A stretch of 64,000 bases of DNA, taken from assembly GCA_964467915.1 (NCBI GenBank), contig CAYXSW010000006.1, positions 3,915 through 67,914 of the forward strand, written 5' to 3'. The notes below the pieces were generated by a model. It saw only the letters and a list, made by a program, of their open reading frames with translations. It searched no databases and was not told the origin of the DNA. This DNA is from an uncultured Marinoscillum sp. GTDB taxonomy: Bacteria; Bacteroidota; Bacteroidia; Cytophagales; MED-G16. The translations under genes and the position numbers were made by a program. Below, in pieces: positions 28,391 to 39,678 of this stretch. How positions within the stretch are numbered: the stretch's first letter is position 1; the number at the start of each line of letters is the position of its first letter.

Positions 28391-29125
28391 ATGAAAATTC
28401 TTGTTTGTATTTCTTGTGTTCCAGATACTACATCTAGAATATCTTTTACAGATGATAATAAGTTTAACACTGATAATGTCCAATTTATTATTGGCCCATA
28501 TGAAGACTATGCTCTGGCTAGAGCTGTAGAATTAAAAGAAAAAAATTCAGATATTGATATTAGTTTACTTAATGTTGGGTTATCTCAAAACGACCCTCTT
28601 CTTAGAAAGGGTTTAGCTATAGGAGCTGATAGAGCTTATAGAATTAATTCAGAACCAAATGATTCAAGTTTTGTAGCTCTCAATATTGCTGATTTTATTA
28701 AGAAAAATAATTTTGACTTAATACTAATGGGTAAAGAGTCTATAGATTATAATTCTGGATTAGTTCATTATCTTTCAGGGTCAATACTAGATATTCAGAC
28801 TTTTAACCCGGTAACATTCTTAGATTTAGATACTGATAATAAGGTTGTTATTAAAAGAGAGACTGAGTTAGGTATTGAGAAAATAAAAGCAAATCTCCCA
28901 TTAATTTTAGGATGCCAAGAACCCATCGCAGAATGGAAAATTCCAAATATGAGAGGCATTATGAATGCTCGTTCAAAGGATTTGTTAGTCATTGAACCAA
29001 TTTCAGTTTCTTCATCTTTAAAGTATGAAAAATATACACTTCCTCTAGAAAAAGATGAAATAAAGTATATTGATAAAGAAAATATAGATATACTAATTGA
29101 TGAATTAAATCTTAAAAATTTATAA
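28391..29125 (+). CDS. etfB: electron transfer flavoprotein beta subunit
   Basis: 244 aa. Motifs [15 protein letters not shown] and [13 protein letters not shown]. Confidence 0.9.
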   Translation: MKILVCISCVPDTTSRISFTDDNKFNTDNVQFIIGPYEDYALARAVELKEKNSDIDISLLNVGLSQNDPLLRKGLAIGADRAYRINSEPNDSSFVALNIADFIKKNNFDLILMGKESIDYNSGLVHYLSGSILDIQTFNPVTFLDLDTDNKVVIKRETELGIEKIKANLPLILGCQEPIAEWKIPNMRGIMNARSKDLLVIEPISVSSSLKYEKYTLPLEKDEIKYIDKENIDILIDELNLKNL

Positions 29126-30030
29126 TGTCAACTCTAGTTTTTATTGAATTTAATAAAAGTAAAATAAGTGAGTCATCCTCTCAAGCTGCTACTTTAGCTA
29201 ATGAATTGAATGATGAGGTTTATGGTCTGACTTCAAATAATGATGATGATTATATTTCTTCTTTAGGAAGTAAAGGTTTTGATAAAGTATTCAAAATTGA
29301 TGATTTTAAAAATTTTGATGCTATCGAAAAAACTATCAGAAATCATAAAATAAATACTATAGTTTCTCCAAATACAAATTTATTTAAAGAACTAGCATCT
29401 AAAATATCAATCAAGCTTAATTTTTCTATTGTATCTAACGTATTAAAAATAGATGATAATGATAAAATTATTTCCTCAATTTTTACTGGTAAAGCAAAAT
29501 CCCAAATAAGTGTAAATAATGAAAATTGTGTTTATTTATTAAATAAAAACATTGTCGACTCAAAAGGGTTTGATAAAAAGGCTGATATTATTAAAATTGA
29601 TTCAAAAATTTCTCAAAACAATAATTTTGAGATCCTAGAACAGACTTTAATTGAGGAGGATATTTCATTAAATGACGCTGACATTGTAATATCTGCTGGA
29701 AGGGGTTTAAAGGGTCCTGAAAACTGGAAAATGATTGAAGAGTTTGCAAAAAAATTAAATGCGGCTACTGCATGCAGTAAGCCTGTTTCAGATGCTGGAT
29801 GGAGACCTCATCATGAACATGTAGGTCAGACAGGTTTAAAAATATCTCCTAAAATTTATTTTGCAATTGGAATTTCAGGAGCCATACAACATTTAGCTGG
29901 TGTAAATTCTTCTAAGACCATAATTGTAATTAATAATGATCCAGAAGCCCCTTTCTTTAAAGCTGCAGACTATGGTATTGTTGGTGATGCTTTTGATGTA
30001 GTTCCAAACTTAATTAAAGCATTAAATTAA
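29125..30030 (+). CDS. etfA: electron transfer flavoprotein alpha subunit
   Basis: 301 aa. FAD-binding C-half has [36 protein letters not shown] and NNDPEAPFF. Confidence 0.9.
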   Translation: MSTLVFIEFNKSKISESSSQAATLANELNDEVYGLTSNNDDDYISSLGSKGFDKVFKIDDFKNFDAIEKTIRNHKINTIVSPNTNLFKELASKISIKLNFSIVSNVLKIDDNDKIISSIFTGKAKSQISVNNENCVYLLNKNIVDSKGFDKKADIIKIDSKISQNNNFEILEQTLIEEDISLNDADIVISAGRGLKGPENWKMIEEFAKKLNAATACSKPVSDAGWRPHHEHVGQTGLKISPKIYFAIGISGAIQHLAGVNSSKTIIVINNDPEAPFFKAADYGIVGDAFDVVPNLIKALN

Positions 30031-30032
30031 TT

Positions 30033-30602
30033 GTGAAAAAAATAAAGCTTCAAATTCTTGGCCTTTCATCAAGTGTAGATACTCAGACAGGTTCTTTTGC
30101 GTTAGTTTTAAAAGAGGAAAATGGTGATAGAAGGCTTCCTATTATTATTGGAATGTTTGAAGCTCAGTCTATTGCAATGGAGATTGAAAAGATTATACCA
30201 AACAGACCTATGACTCATGATCTATTTAAATCTTTTCTTCAGAAATTAAATTTTATAGTAAATGAAGTAGTCATAACTGATATTAAAGATGGTGTCTTTT
30301 TTTCAAAAATTATTATATCAGATTCAAATAAAAAAATAAGTATAGACTCAAGACCTTCAGATGCTATAGCAATAGCTATAAGGTACAAAGCAAATATTCT
30401 TGTTAATGAAAATGTAATAGATGAAGCTGGAATTATTTTTGATGAAGTTGAAGTTGATAAAAAAGTTAGTGATGATGGAAAAGTAAAAACCCTTAAAGAT
30501 TTTTCTATAAAAGAACTTAATAAAAAATTAACTAATTCAATTGCTGAAGAGAATTATGAATTTGCAGCAAGAGTAAGGGATGAAATAAAAAGAAGAAATT
30601 AA
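30033..30602 (+). CDS. bifunctional nuclease (BFN/DUF151) family protein with C-terminal UVR motif
   Basis: 189 aa. Motifs RRLPIIIGMFEAQSIA, RPMTHDL and SRPSDAIAIA. C-terminus is EENYEFAARVRDEI. GTG start. Confidence 0.8.
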   Translation: MKKIKLQILGLSSSVDTQTGSFALVLKEENGDRRLPIIIGMFEAQSIAMEIEKIIPNRPMTHDLFKSFLQKLNFIVNEVVITDIKDGVFFSKIIISDSNKKISIDSRPSDAIAIAIRYKANILVNENVIDEAGIIFDEVEVDKKVSDDGKVKTLKDFSIKELNKKLTNSIAEENYEFAARVRDEIKRRN

Positions 30603-31873
30603 TGGATTTAATTAGGTTTGTAATTGGTTTTGTTTTCATTATTTCAATAGCATATTTATTTTCATCTGATAAAAGAAATATTAATTGGAGGTTAGTCCTG
30701 TCAGGAATTCTCTTACAATTAATTTTTGCTATTTTAATAACTAATGTTCCGTTTGTAGAATCATTATTTAGCAGCATAAGTAAGTTTTTTGTTTTATTAA
30801 TTGGATTTTCTAAAGAAGGAACCTTATTTCTTTTTCCAGATGCTTCTTTTAAAGGATTTGCTTTTTCAGCATTACCTGTAGTTATATTATTCTCATCAAT
30901 AAGTGCATTTTTATATTATGTGGGCTTTCTTCAAGTTATTGTTAAATCTATAGCATGGGTCATGTCAAAAACTATGAAGCTGTCAGGAGCTGAGTCCTTA
31001 TCTGCAGCTGGAAATATTTTCTTAGGCCAAACAGAGGCACCTCTACTTGTTAAACCATATATAAAAAATATGACAAAATCAGAGTTAATGTGTTTGATGA
31101 CAGGGGGAATGGCAACTATAGCTGGTGGAGTTTTTGCGGCATATGTATCTTTATTAGGTGGTTCAGATCCGGAAGAATCACTAAAATTTGCTACTATCTT
31201 ATTAACTGCCTCAATTATGAATGCGCCGGCAGGAATTGTGATTTCTAAAATATTTCAACCTGAAAATAAGGATAATAGTATTAATAAGAATTTAGATTTA
31301 TCAAAAGAAGACTTAGGCTCTAATGCCATACATGCTCTAGCAAAAGGAGCATCTGATGGATTAAAACTCGCTTTAAACATTGCTGCCATGTTATTAGCTT
31401 TCCTAGCAGTAGTTTATATGCTTAATTATTTTTTAGAATTTTTTGGTGATATAACTTCTATTAATGATTGGATTAAAGCATCATCAAATGGTCAGTTTAG
31501 TAAATTATCTATGGAGTTTCTTCTTGGTCAAGTTTTTCGATTATTTGCATTTATGATAGGTATTAATTGGAATGAAACTGTTTTGGTAGGTAGTCTTTTA
31601 GGTCAAAAATTTGTATTGAACGAATTTATAGCTTACGTTAATTTAGCTGAGATGAAAGGGGCTGGCCTATTATCAGAAAAATCAATCTTAATATCAACTT
31701 ATGCTCTTTGTGGTTTTGCCAATTTTAGTTCAATTGCTATTCAAATAGGAGGGATAGGTTCTATGGCTCCATCTAGACAGAAAGATATATCAAAATTAGG
31801 TTTGAGAGCATTATTAGCTGCAACCTTGGCAACTCTACTAACAGGAAATATTGCAGGATTTATTATTGCCTAA
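30602..31873 (+). CDS. NupC/NupG-family concentrative nucleoside transporter
   Basis: 423 aa, polytopic. Motifs GNIFLGQTEAPLLVKPY, MTGGMATIAGGV and ALCGFANFSSIAIQIGG. Confidence 0.85.
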   Translation: MDLIRFVIGFVFIISIAYLFSSDKRNINWRLVLSGILLQLIFAILITNVPFVESLFSSISKFFVLLIGFSKEGTLFLFPDASFKGFAFSALPVVILFSSISAFLYYVGFLQVIVKSIAWVMSKTMKLSGAESLSAAGNIFLGQTEAPLLVKPYIKNMTKSELMCLMTGGMATIAGGVFAAYVSLLGGSDPEESLKFATILLTASIMNAPAGIVISKIFQPENKDNSINKNLDLSKEDLGSNAIHALAKGASDGLKLALNIAAMLLAFLAVVYMLNYFLEFFGDITSINDWIKASSNGQFSKLSMEFLLGQVFRLFAFMIGINWNETVLVGSLLGQKFVLNEFIAYVNLAEMKGAGLLSEKSILISTYALCGFANFSSIAIQIGGIGSMAPSRQKDISKLGLRALLAATLATLLTGNIAGFIIA

Positions 31874-33491
31874 ATTTTTCTATAAAGTCTAATTGACCTT
31901 TTGTAGAATTATCAATTTGAGATCTATCTTTCTTACTTAATTTATTAAAAACCTCATCTGATAGTAATTTGCCTAATTCTACTCCCCATTGATCGAAGCT
32001 ATTTATATTCCATATACAGCCTTGCACAAAAATTTTATGCTCATAAATTGCAATCAATCTACCAAGATTATATGGTGTTAATTTATTAAATAGAAATGTA
32101 TTTGATGGTTTATTTCCTTTAAATATTTTTGAACTCTTTATAATATTATAATTATGATAATTATTTTTATCTCCAAGTTCTTTTTCTACTTCTTTTACAT
32201 TCTTTCCCTTCATTAATGCCATAGTCTGGCCAACTAAATTTGAGAGTAATATTTCATGTAATTCTTCTTTCTCATTATTAGAATTTACAAACCCTATGAA
32301 ATCGCAAGGAATATTTTTAGTTCCTTGGTGAATAAGTTGAAAAAATGAATGCTGACCATTTGTACCAACATCTCCCCAAATTATTGGTCCGGTATTATAT
32401 TTAATTTTTGAAGAGTCTTTAGAAATATTTTTACCATTACTTTCCATATCAGCTTGCTGTAAATATTTTGGTAAGTATTTCAAGTAGTCATCATAGGGGA
32501 AAATTGCATGTGTCTCACAATTATGGAAATTGTTATATAGAACACCTAAACATGCAAGGACAACAGGAATATTACTTTCAAAGGGTTCTTCTCTAAAGTG
32601 ATTGTCAATTTCATTTGCTCCTTTTAGTAACATCTCAAAATTATCAAATCCAATTTTTAATATTATTGGTAGTCCTACAGATGACCATAAAGAATATCTT
32701 CCACCAACCCAGTCCCAAATTGGAAAAATATTTTTTTCCTCAATCCCAAATTTTTTTGCTCTTTCAGTATTTGTAGTCACTGCATAAAAGTGTTTATTTA
32801 CATGGTCATTGTTTTGTGATTTATTGTAAAACCATTTTTTGCAGAAGCTTGCATTTTTTAATGTCTCAATTGTACCAAAAGATTTTGAGGAAACGATAAA
32901 AATAGATTCTTCAGCATTAACTTTTATTAAAACTTCAGACAAATTACTAGGGTCAATATTTGATATAAAATAATTATTAATATCTCTATTTGAATAATAT
33001 TTTAATGCTTCACATACCATTTTTGGACCTAAATCTGATCCCCCAATTCCAATATTTATAATATTTTTAATTTTTTTTCCTGAAAAACCTTCTATTTCTC
33101 CATTTTGAAACTTAGTTGAAAATGATTTTAACTTATCAAGACTCTTTTTGACTTTATTCTCATAAATATGTCTTGTTTTTGAATTAAAACTTCCTCTTAA
33201 AAGAAAATGTAATACAGATCTATTTTCTGATGTGTTAATTTTTTCTCCATTAAATAAATCATTTATTTTTTCTTTAAGACTAATATCTTTTAATAGTTGT
33301 GAAAACAACTTCATCATTTTATCATCAATATGATTTTTAGAATAGTCTAGTAGAAGATCATTGATTTGAATAGAAAATTTATTGAATCTATCCTTATTTA
33401 TTTTGAACATATCATTTAATGACTGCTCTGAAATATTTTTAGAATGATTACTTATATCTTTCCATGAAGATAAATTACTTAAACTACTCAT
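31863..33491 (-). CDS. pgi: glucose-6-phosphate isomerase
   Basis: 542 aa. Motifs IGIGGSDLGP, VSSKSFGTIETL, GGRYSLWS and DQWGVELGK. Confidence 0.95.
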   Translation of the reverse strand: MSSLSNLSSWKDISNHSKNISEQSLNDMFKINKDRFNKFSIQINDLLLDYSKNHIDDKMMKLFSQLLKDISLKEKINDLFNGEKINTSENRSVLHFLLRGSFNSKTRHIYENKVKKSLDKLKSFSTKFQNGEIEGFSGKKIKNIINIGIGGSDLGPKMVCEALKYYSNRDINNYFISNIDPSNLSEVLIKVNAEESIFIVSSKSFGTIETLKNASFCKKWFYNKSQNNDHVNKHFYAVTTNTERAKKFGIEEKNIFPIWDWVGGRYSLWSSVGLPIILKIGFDNFEMLLKGANEIDNHFREEPFESNIPVVLACLGVLYNNFHNCETHAIFPYDDYLKYLPKYLQQADMESNGKNISKDSSKIKYNTGPIIWGDVGTNGQHSFFQLIHQGTKNIPCDFIGFVNSNNEKEELHEILLSNLVGQTMALMKGKNVKEVEKELGDKNNYHNYNIIKSSKIFKGNKPSNTFLFNKLTPYNLGRLIAIYEHKIFVQGCIWNINSFDQWGVELGKLLSDEVFNKLSKKDRSQIDNSTKGQLDFIEKFRQ

Positions 33492-35181
33492 ATTTACTTT
33501 TAATTTTTAATATTTCCTTGTCAATAAGAATGGGTAATTTTACTTTATTCTCATCATTGTTAACCCCTGAAACACTAAAATAAAACTTAATTTTTGGTTC
33601 AGTTCCTGATGGTCTCAAAGTTACTGAATGATTTTTTTCTGAAATTAGTTGAATTACATTGGACTTCGTTCTAATTATTGGATTATTTATCGATTTATTA
33701 TAATCAATAACGTCAATAACATTATCACCAAAAATAGTTGAAGGGGGATTATTTCTATACTCTTCCATTATTTCACTTATTTCGCTGCTTCCTTTAATTC
33801 CTTCCATTTTTATTGTATATAATTTTTCTACATAAAACCCGAAAGCATCATATATTTCTTCTAGTATATCTATTAAAGATTTCCCATTAGCTTTTGCCCA
33901 GCTTGCAATTTCGCAAATAATAGCACATGAAATTATTGCGTCTTTGTCTCTGACAAAGTCATCAACTAAGTATCCATAACTTTCTTCTCCTCCAGCTATA
34001 AATTTTTCATTTTTCTTAGTATTGATTAATTCAGCAATAAATTTAAATCCAGTAAGTGTTGAATAAGATTTTACATCATAGTATTTAGCTATTTTATCAA
34101 TTAGGTTTGTGGTGACTATTGTTTTAGCAACAAAAGGAGGTCTATTTATTTTTTTGGTATCAAGTTTTAGCAGAGTATAATATACTATTAAAGAAGCAAG
34201 CTGATTTCCATTAATAATTTCTATTCTTTTATTAAGTTTTACTGCTACCCCAACTCTATCAGAGTCTGGATCTGTTGCAAGAAGAATATCTCCTTTTTCT
34301 TTTTTTAATTTTTTTATACCTATATCTAGGGCATCTCTTTCCTCAGGATTTGGAGAAATTACAGTTGAAAATTCTGAGTCTGGTCTTTCTTGGCTTTTTA
34401 CACTCAATATATTTTTGAATCCGAAAGCTTTTAGAGCATTTGGCACTTGAGTTATTCCTGTTCCATGGAGAGAAGAAAACACAATTTTCAATTGTGAATT
34501 TGAGTTATCGTGAAGTGATAAATTTTTAATTTTATTAATATATTTTTCATCAATATCATTTTTAATTTCTTTAATTAGATCACTATTATATTTGAAATTT
34601 ATTTGATTGAAATCGCTTAATTTTTCAACTTCAGTAATAATATTTTTATCATGAGGAGCTGTTATTTGACCTCCATCATTCCAATAAACCTTGAAGCCAT
34701 TATATTCTTTAGGGTTATGAGAAGCTGTTATTACTATACCACAAGAACAGTTTAATTCTCTAACTGCAAAGGATAACTCTGGTGTTGGTCTTAAATCTGA
34801 AAAAATAAAAGTTTTTATATTATTTGCAGAGAAAATTTTAGCAGCTTGACTGCCAAATTTTTTACTAAATCTTCTACTATCATATGCTATTACTGCAGTT
34901 TTATTATTACCACTTATTCTATTTAAATAATTACATAATCCTTGGGTAGCTAATGATATTGTATAAGTATTTATTCTATTGCTTCCAATACCGATAAGTC
35001 CTCTCATTCCACCTGTTCCAAATTCAAGCTTTTTATGAAAGCTCTCTAAGAGATCATTTTCATTTCCTTCTTTAAGTAGATACTTTATTTTTTTTTCCTC
35101 ATCTTTTTCTAACCCATAATTGAGCCATTTGTTAGCTTCACTTCTTGATGTCTCTAGAAGATCTGTTCTATTTAATTGCAT
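33484..35181 (-). CDS. phosphoglucomutase / phosphomannomutase (alpha-D-phosphohexomutase family)
   Basis: 565 aa. Active-site loop TASHNPKEYNGFKV, Mg loop DPDSDR, plus GEESYG and RPSGTEPKIK. Confidence 0.9.
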   Translation of the reverse strand: MQLNRTDLLETSRSEANKWLNYGLEKDEEKKIKYLLKEGNENDLLESFHKKLEFGTGGMRGLIGIGSNRINTYTISLATQGLCNYLNRISGNNKTAVIAYDSRRFSKKFGSQAAKIFSANNIKTFIFSDLRPTPELSFAVRELNCSCGIVITASHNPKEYNGFKVYWNDGGQITAPHDKNIITEVEKLSDFNQINFKYNSDLIKEIKNDIDEKYINKIKNLSLHDNSNSQLKIVFSSLHGTGITQVPNALKAFGFKNILSVKSQERPDSEFSTVISPNPEERDALDIGIKKLKKEKGDILLATDPDSDRVGVAVKLNKRIEIINGNQLASLIVYYTLLKLDTKKINRPPFVAKTIVTTNLIDKIAKYYDVKSYSTLTGFKFIAELINTKKNEKFIAGGEESYGYLVDDFVRDKDAIISCAIICEIASWAKANGKSLIDILEEIYDAFGFYVEKLYTIKMEGIKGSSEISEIMEEYRNNPPSTIFGDNVIDVIDYNKSINNPIIRTKSNVIQLISEKNHSVTLRPSGTEPKIKFYFSVSGVNNDENKVKLPILIDKEILKIKSKYE

Positions 35182-35186
35182 CTTTA

Positions 35187-36155
35187 TTAGTAGCCTAGTT
35201 TATTTTTTACCCTATCAAGAACACTTTTTGCAATAGTTCTCGCTTTATTTTCTCCTTTCTCTAAGATTCCATATAAATGATCTGGATTTTTAAGTAGTTC
35301 GTCATATAAATTTCTTTCTTCTTTATAAAGGTCTAATATCAGACTTAACAAATCAGTTTTGGCATGACCATACCCATAGCCACCTTCTAAATAATTATTT
35401 TTCATATTTTTAACATCAACTTTATTAGCTATTAATTTATAAATATTAAAGACGTTGCATGAATCTGGATCTTTTTTATCTTCAAGACCCTTACTATCAG
35501 TGACTATTGACATAATTTGTTTTTTTAATGTTTTCTCATCGGCAAATATGTCAATAGTATTTTCATACGTTTTACTCATTTTTCTTCCATCAGTACCGGG
35601 TATGGTCTGAACACTTTTGTCAATTCTACTTTCAGGAATAATAAATGTGTCTCCGTAATTATGGTTAAAAGATTTAGCTATATCTCTAGTAATTTCTAGA
35701 TGTTGTTTCTGATCTTTTCCGACAGGAACAATTTCTGAGTCATACAATAAAATATCAGCAGCCATCAATACTGGGTATGTGAATAATCCTGAATTTATAT
35801 CTGATAAATTATCTGATTTATCTTTAAATGAATGAGAGTTAGATAACATAGGGTAGGGAGTGAAGCAATTTAAGTACCAAGCCAACTCACATACTTCGTT
35901 TATTCTTGATTGTCTATAGAAATAATTTTTTTCATGATCAAAACCCATTGCGATCCATGAGGCTGCAACTGCCAATGTGTTTTCATTTCTTTTTTTTGAA
36001 TCTTTAATGTTTATCAGAGAGTGTAGATCAGCAATAAAGAATAGTGACTCATTTTTAGAATTTTTTGATAATTCTATAGAAGGATTAATTGCACCAAGAA
36101 TATTTCCTAAATGAGGCTTGCCAGAACTTTGAATACCAGTTAAAACTCTTGTCAT
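35187..36155 (-). CDS. trpS: tryptophan--tRNA ligase
   Basis: 322 aa. HIGH-type motif GKPHLGNILG and KMSKT motif GRKMSKT. Confidence 0.95.
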   Translation of the reverse strand: MTRVLTGIQSSGKPHLGNILGAINPSIELSKNSKNESLFFIADLHSLINIKDSKKRNENTLAVAASWIAMGFDHEKNYFYRQSRINEVCELAWYLNCFTPYPMLSNSHSFKDKSDNLSDINSGLFTYPVLMAADILLYDSEIVPVGKDQKQHLEITRDIAKSFNHNYGDTFIIPESRIDKSVQTIPGTDGRKMSKTYENTIDIFADEKTLKKQIMSIVTDSKGLEDKKDPDSCNVFNIYKLIANKVDVKNMKNNYLEGGYGYGHAKTDLLSLILDLYKEERNLYDELLKNPDHLYGILEKGENKARTIAKSVLDRVKNKLGY

Positions 36156-36160
36156 ATGTT

Positions 36161-36168
36161 CAAAATTA
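36161..36168 (-). promoter_or_regulatory. putative -7 promoter box TAATTTTG, 5 nt upstream of trpS ATG 36155
   Basis: Plus strand caaaatta is TAATTTTG on the minus strand, followed by aacat and then ATG. Confidence 0.45.
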
Positions 36169-36205
36169 AATTAATTGTTTAATTGATAGACTATAATTAA
36201 TTATA

Positions 36206-36213
36206 TATTTTTG
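36206..36213 (+). promoter_or_regulatory. putative -7 promoter box TATTTTTG, 4 nt upstream of ATG 36218
   Basis: Perfect TAnnTTTG followed by aaat and then ATG. It is the only such box ahead of the DUF1573/amidohydrolase trio. Confidence 0.45.
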
Positions 36214-36217
36214 AAAT

Positions 36218-36583
36218 ATGAGAAAAATTATTTTTACAGTTATACTTTTATCTAACATTTCATTTTTAAATGGTCAAGATTTAAATTTTAATGAAAAGGA
36301 ATTTGATTTTGGTGAAATCAAAGAACTAGAAGGAAAAGTATCACACAAATTCATCTTTACTAATACGGGTGGGAAGCCAATAAAAATCTTATCTGTTAAG
36401 CCATCTTGTGGATGCACTACTCCTAATTGGTCAAAAAACGAGATAAAACCTGGTAAAGAAGGGTTTATAATTGCAGAATATAATCCAAAAGGTAGACCCG
36501 GTGTCTTTAGAAAATCTTTATCAGTAGTAACTAATGATAATAAGAGATCTCTTCTTTTTATAAAAGGAAAAGTCAATCGTTAA
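36218..36583 (+). CDS. DUF1573 domain-containing secreted protein
   Basis: 121 aa with a signal peptide. Motifs FDFGEIKEL, FTNTGGKPIKI and KPSCGCTTP, characteristic of DUF1573. Confidence 0.75.
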   Translation: MRKIIFTVILLSNISFLNGQDLNFNEKEFDFGEIKELEGKVSHKFIFTNTGGKPIKILSVKPSCGCTTPNWSKNEIKPGKEGFIIAEYNPKGRPGVFRKSLSVVTNDNKRSLLFIKGKVNR

Positions 36584-36635
36584 TTTTTTTTTATAATTTC
36601 TTTTTATAAATTATGATGTAAACAACATCACAACC

Positions 36636-39600
36636 ATGAAATTTTTTAGATTTTTTCTTTTATTATTTTTTGTTTCTTATGTCTCTTTATCTCAGGAGGG
36701 TTTTCCTTTAAATGGAGTTGAAGATAATAGAGAAAATCATTATGCATTTATAAATGCCAAAATTTTTGTTGATTATAAAACCGTTATTGAAAATGGAACT
36801 TTAATTATCAAAAACGGAAAAATTATTTCAGTTGGTAAAGATATAGAAACCCCAAAAGGGGTTAAAGTATTTAATTTGGATGGTAAATTTATATATCCAT
36901 CCTTTATTGATTTGTATACTGATTATGGAATTGTTAAAAAAAGAGGAAATAATCAAGGTGGAGCTTCTTCTTTTAGGAGTTTTATGAGCACAAAAATGGA
37001 ATCAGAAAAGTTAGGTCCATATGGTTGGAATGACGCAATAAATGCTGAATATAATGTTGTAGAAAATATTAAAATTGATGATAAAAAATCAAAACAATTA
37101 AGAGATATTGGATTTGGATCTGTTGTTTCTCATAATATGGATGGGATTATGAGAGGTTCTGGTGCTTTATTATTACTTTCTGATAATAAAGTGCAGGATA
37201 TTGTTTTAAAACAAAAGTCATCGGTCCATTATTCTTTTATTAAAGGTACATCTACTCAAAATTACCCAAATTCATTAATGGGTTCGGTTGCATTATTAAA
37301 ACAATCATTTTATGATGCTGATTGGTATAGGTCAAAATATAATAATGATCAAGTTAATTTGACTTTAGAGTCAATAAATAAATCAAAAAATTTACCACAG
37401 ATTATTGAAGTAAGAAATAAGATAAGAGTATTATTAGCTCAAAAAATTGGAAAGGAACTAGATATAAATTTTATTATAAAAGGTAATGGAGATGAATATC
37501 AAAGAATAAATGAAATTAAAAAGGGAAACTCCAGTTTGATTGTGCCAATTAACTATCCTAAACCATTTAATGTAGATGATCCATTTAATAATAATAATAT
37601 ATCACTTTCTCAATTAAAACATTGGGAGATGGCTCCTTCAAATCTTTATTTTTTAGATAATAATGGAATTAGTTTTTCTATAACATCAAATGGGTTAAAA
37701 AATTTAAAAGATTTTAGAAAAAATTTGATAAAGGCTATATCTAGAGGTATAAGTAAAGAAGCTGTATTAAAAGCTCTAACATATAACCCTGCTAAAATGA
37801 TAAATATGTCAAATAAATTAGGTTCTATTAAAGAATCTTATATTGCAAATTTTATTATTTTAGATGGAGATATTTTTTCAGATAAAACTAAAATTATAAG
37901 TAATTGGGTTGATGGTAATAGACATGAAGTTTCAGATTATAATGTAAATGATTTTACTGGATCTTATTCTCTAAATATTGATAAGGATAAGATTTATTTA
38001 AAAATTTCTGGTGATATAAATACCCCTAAAGCAATTATAAAAAATAATCAATCTGACTCTATAGAATCTAAAGCTACTTTAAAAGTAAAAGGAGATAATA
38101 TTAGCTTAAACTTTAAATTGAGAAGAAGAGATTATAAGCTTTCAGGTTATTATTCAGACGGTATTTTAAAGGGCAGGGGAATAGTTAATAATTTAGATTG
38201 GATAGATTGGAACGCTGAAAGTTTAATTGTTAGTGAAAATAAAATAGAGGTTCCAAAAAGACCTAAAAGGGAAAAGAAAGAAGTTATAGGTGATGTTATA
38301 TACCCTTTTGTTGAATATGGTTCTGAAATATTGTCTAAGCAAGAGAAAATTTTAATTAAAAACACAACTGTTTGGACACTTGAAAAAGATGGTATACTTA
38401 AAGAAAGTGATGTTTTAATAAATAATGGAAAAATAGTTTCTATAGGTAAGAATATTCCCTTAGAAGACGCAAAATTAGTTGATGGAAGTGGCATGCATTT
38501 AACTCCAGGAATAATAGATGAACATTCTCATATGGCCTTATCCGGAACTAATGAAGGTTCTCAGGCTGTGACTTCAGAAGTAAGAATGAAAGATGTTGTA
38601 AATTCTGAGGATGTTAATATTTACAGACAATTGGCAGGAGGTGTTACTGCTGCTCAACTTCTGCATGGATCTGCTAATCCTATTGGTGGACAGTCTGCAA
38701 TAATTAAATTAAGATGGGGGTCTAGTCCTGACGAGATGCTAATTGATGGTGTCGACGAATATATCAAATTTGCATTAGGTGAAAATGTTAAAAGATCTAG
38801 ATCAACACAAAACACAAGATTTCCAGATACTAGAATGGGAGTGGAACAAGTATTTGTAGATGCATTTAATAGGGCAAAAATTTATGATAATAAATGGAAA
38901 AAATATAATTCTTTATCAAAAAAAGAAAAGCTTAATACTGTTAAGCCAAGAAAAGATTTGGAGTTAGATGCTTTAGTTGAAATACTAAATGGTGAGAGGT
39001 TTATAACTTGTCATTCATATGTACAATCAGAAATAAATATGTTAATTAAAGTTGCTGAGCAGTTTCATTTTAATGTAAACACTTTTACGCATATCCTTGA
39101 AGGTTATAAAGTAGCAGATAAGATGAGTGACCACGGAGTAGGAGCATCAACGTTTTCTGATTGGTGGGCATATAAAAATGAAGTTAAAGAAGCTATTCCT
39201 TATAATGCTGCACTTATGTCCATGGCCGGAGTAGTAACAGCTATTAACTCAGATGATAGAGAGATGGCTAGAAGATTAAATCAAGAAGCTGCAAAATCTA
39301 TTAAGTATGGTAATATGTCAGAAGTCGATGCTCTTAAAATGGTAACTCTCAACCCAGCAAAACTTCTTCATTTAGATGATAGAATGGGTAGTATAAGAGT
39401 AGGGAAAGATGCCGATTTGGTTCTTTGGACAAGTCACCCTTTATCTATTTATTCAAAACCTTCAAAAACATTAGTAGATGGAAAAATTTATTTTGATCTA
39501 GATAAAGATTTGAAATTACGAGATAAAAATAATAAAGAAAGAGCTAGAATTATATCTAAGATGAAGGGTGATAAAACTGACTTTTCTACTAGAAGAATTC

Positions 39601-39677
39601 CTTTTAGAAGATTAGATTTAGATGTTCACTGTGATGATGTAATAGAATATGAGACTTTAATTAAAATGGAAAATTAG
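36636..39677 (+). CDS. secreted two-module amidohydrolase-family protein (degenerate N-module + catalytic C-module)
   Basis: 1013 aa with a signal peptide. The C-module has GIIDEHSH, ITCHSY, FTHILEG, AINSDD and GSIRVGKDADLVLW. The N-module has FIDLYTD where HxH would be. Confidence 0.8.
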   Translation: MKFFRFFLLLFFVSYVSLSQEGFPLNGVEDNRENHYAFINAKIFVDYKTVIENGTLIIKNGKIISVGKDIETPKGVKVFNLDGKFIYPSFIDLYTDYGIVKKRGNNQGGASSFRSFMSTKMESEKLGPYGWNDAINAEYNVVENIKIDDKKSKQLRDIGFGSVVSHNMDGIMRGSGALLLLSDNKVQDIVLKQKSSVHYSFIKGTSTQNYPNSLMGSVALLKQSFYDADWYRSKYNNDQVNLTLESINKSKNLPQIIEVRNKIRVLLAQKIGKELDINFIIKGNGDEYQRINEIKKGNSSLIVPINYPKPFNVDDPFNNNNISLSQLKHWEMAPSNLYFLDNNGISFSITSNGLKNLKDFRKNLIKAISRGISKEAVLKALTYNPAKMINMSNKLGSIKESYIANFIILDGDIFSDKTKIISNWVDGNRHEVSDYNVNDFTGSYSLNIDKDKIYLKISGDINTPKAIIKNNQSDSIESKATLKVKGDNISLNFKLRRRDYKLSGYYSDGILKGRGIVNNLDWIDWNAESLIVSENKIEVPKRPKREKKEVIGDVIYPFVEYGSEILSKQEKILIKNTTVWTLEKDGILKESDVLINNGKIVSIGKNIPLEDAKLVDGSGMHLTPGIIDEHSHMALSGTNEGSQAVTSEVRMKDVVNSEDVNIYRQLAGGVTAAQLLHGSANPIGGQSAIIKLRWGSSPDEMLIDGVDEYIKFALGENVKRSRSTQNTRFPDTRMGVEQVFVDAFNRAKIYDNKWKKYNSLSKKEKLNTVKPRKDLELDALVEILNGERFITCHSYVQSEINMLIKVAEQFHFNVNTFTHILEGYKVADKMSDHGVGASTFSDWWAYKNEVKEAIPYNAALMSMAGVVTAINSDDREMARRLNQEAAKSIKYGNMSEVDALKMVTLNPAKLLHLDDRMGSIRVGKDADLVLWTSHPLSIYSKPSKTLVDGKIYFDLDKDLKLRDKNNKERARIISKMKGDKTDFSTRRIPFRRLDLDVHCDDVIEYETLIKMEN

Positions 39678-39678
39678 T

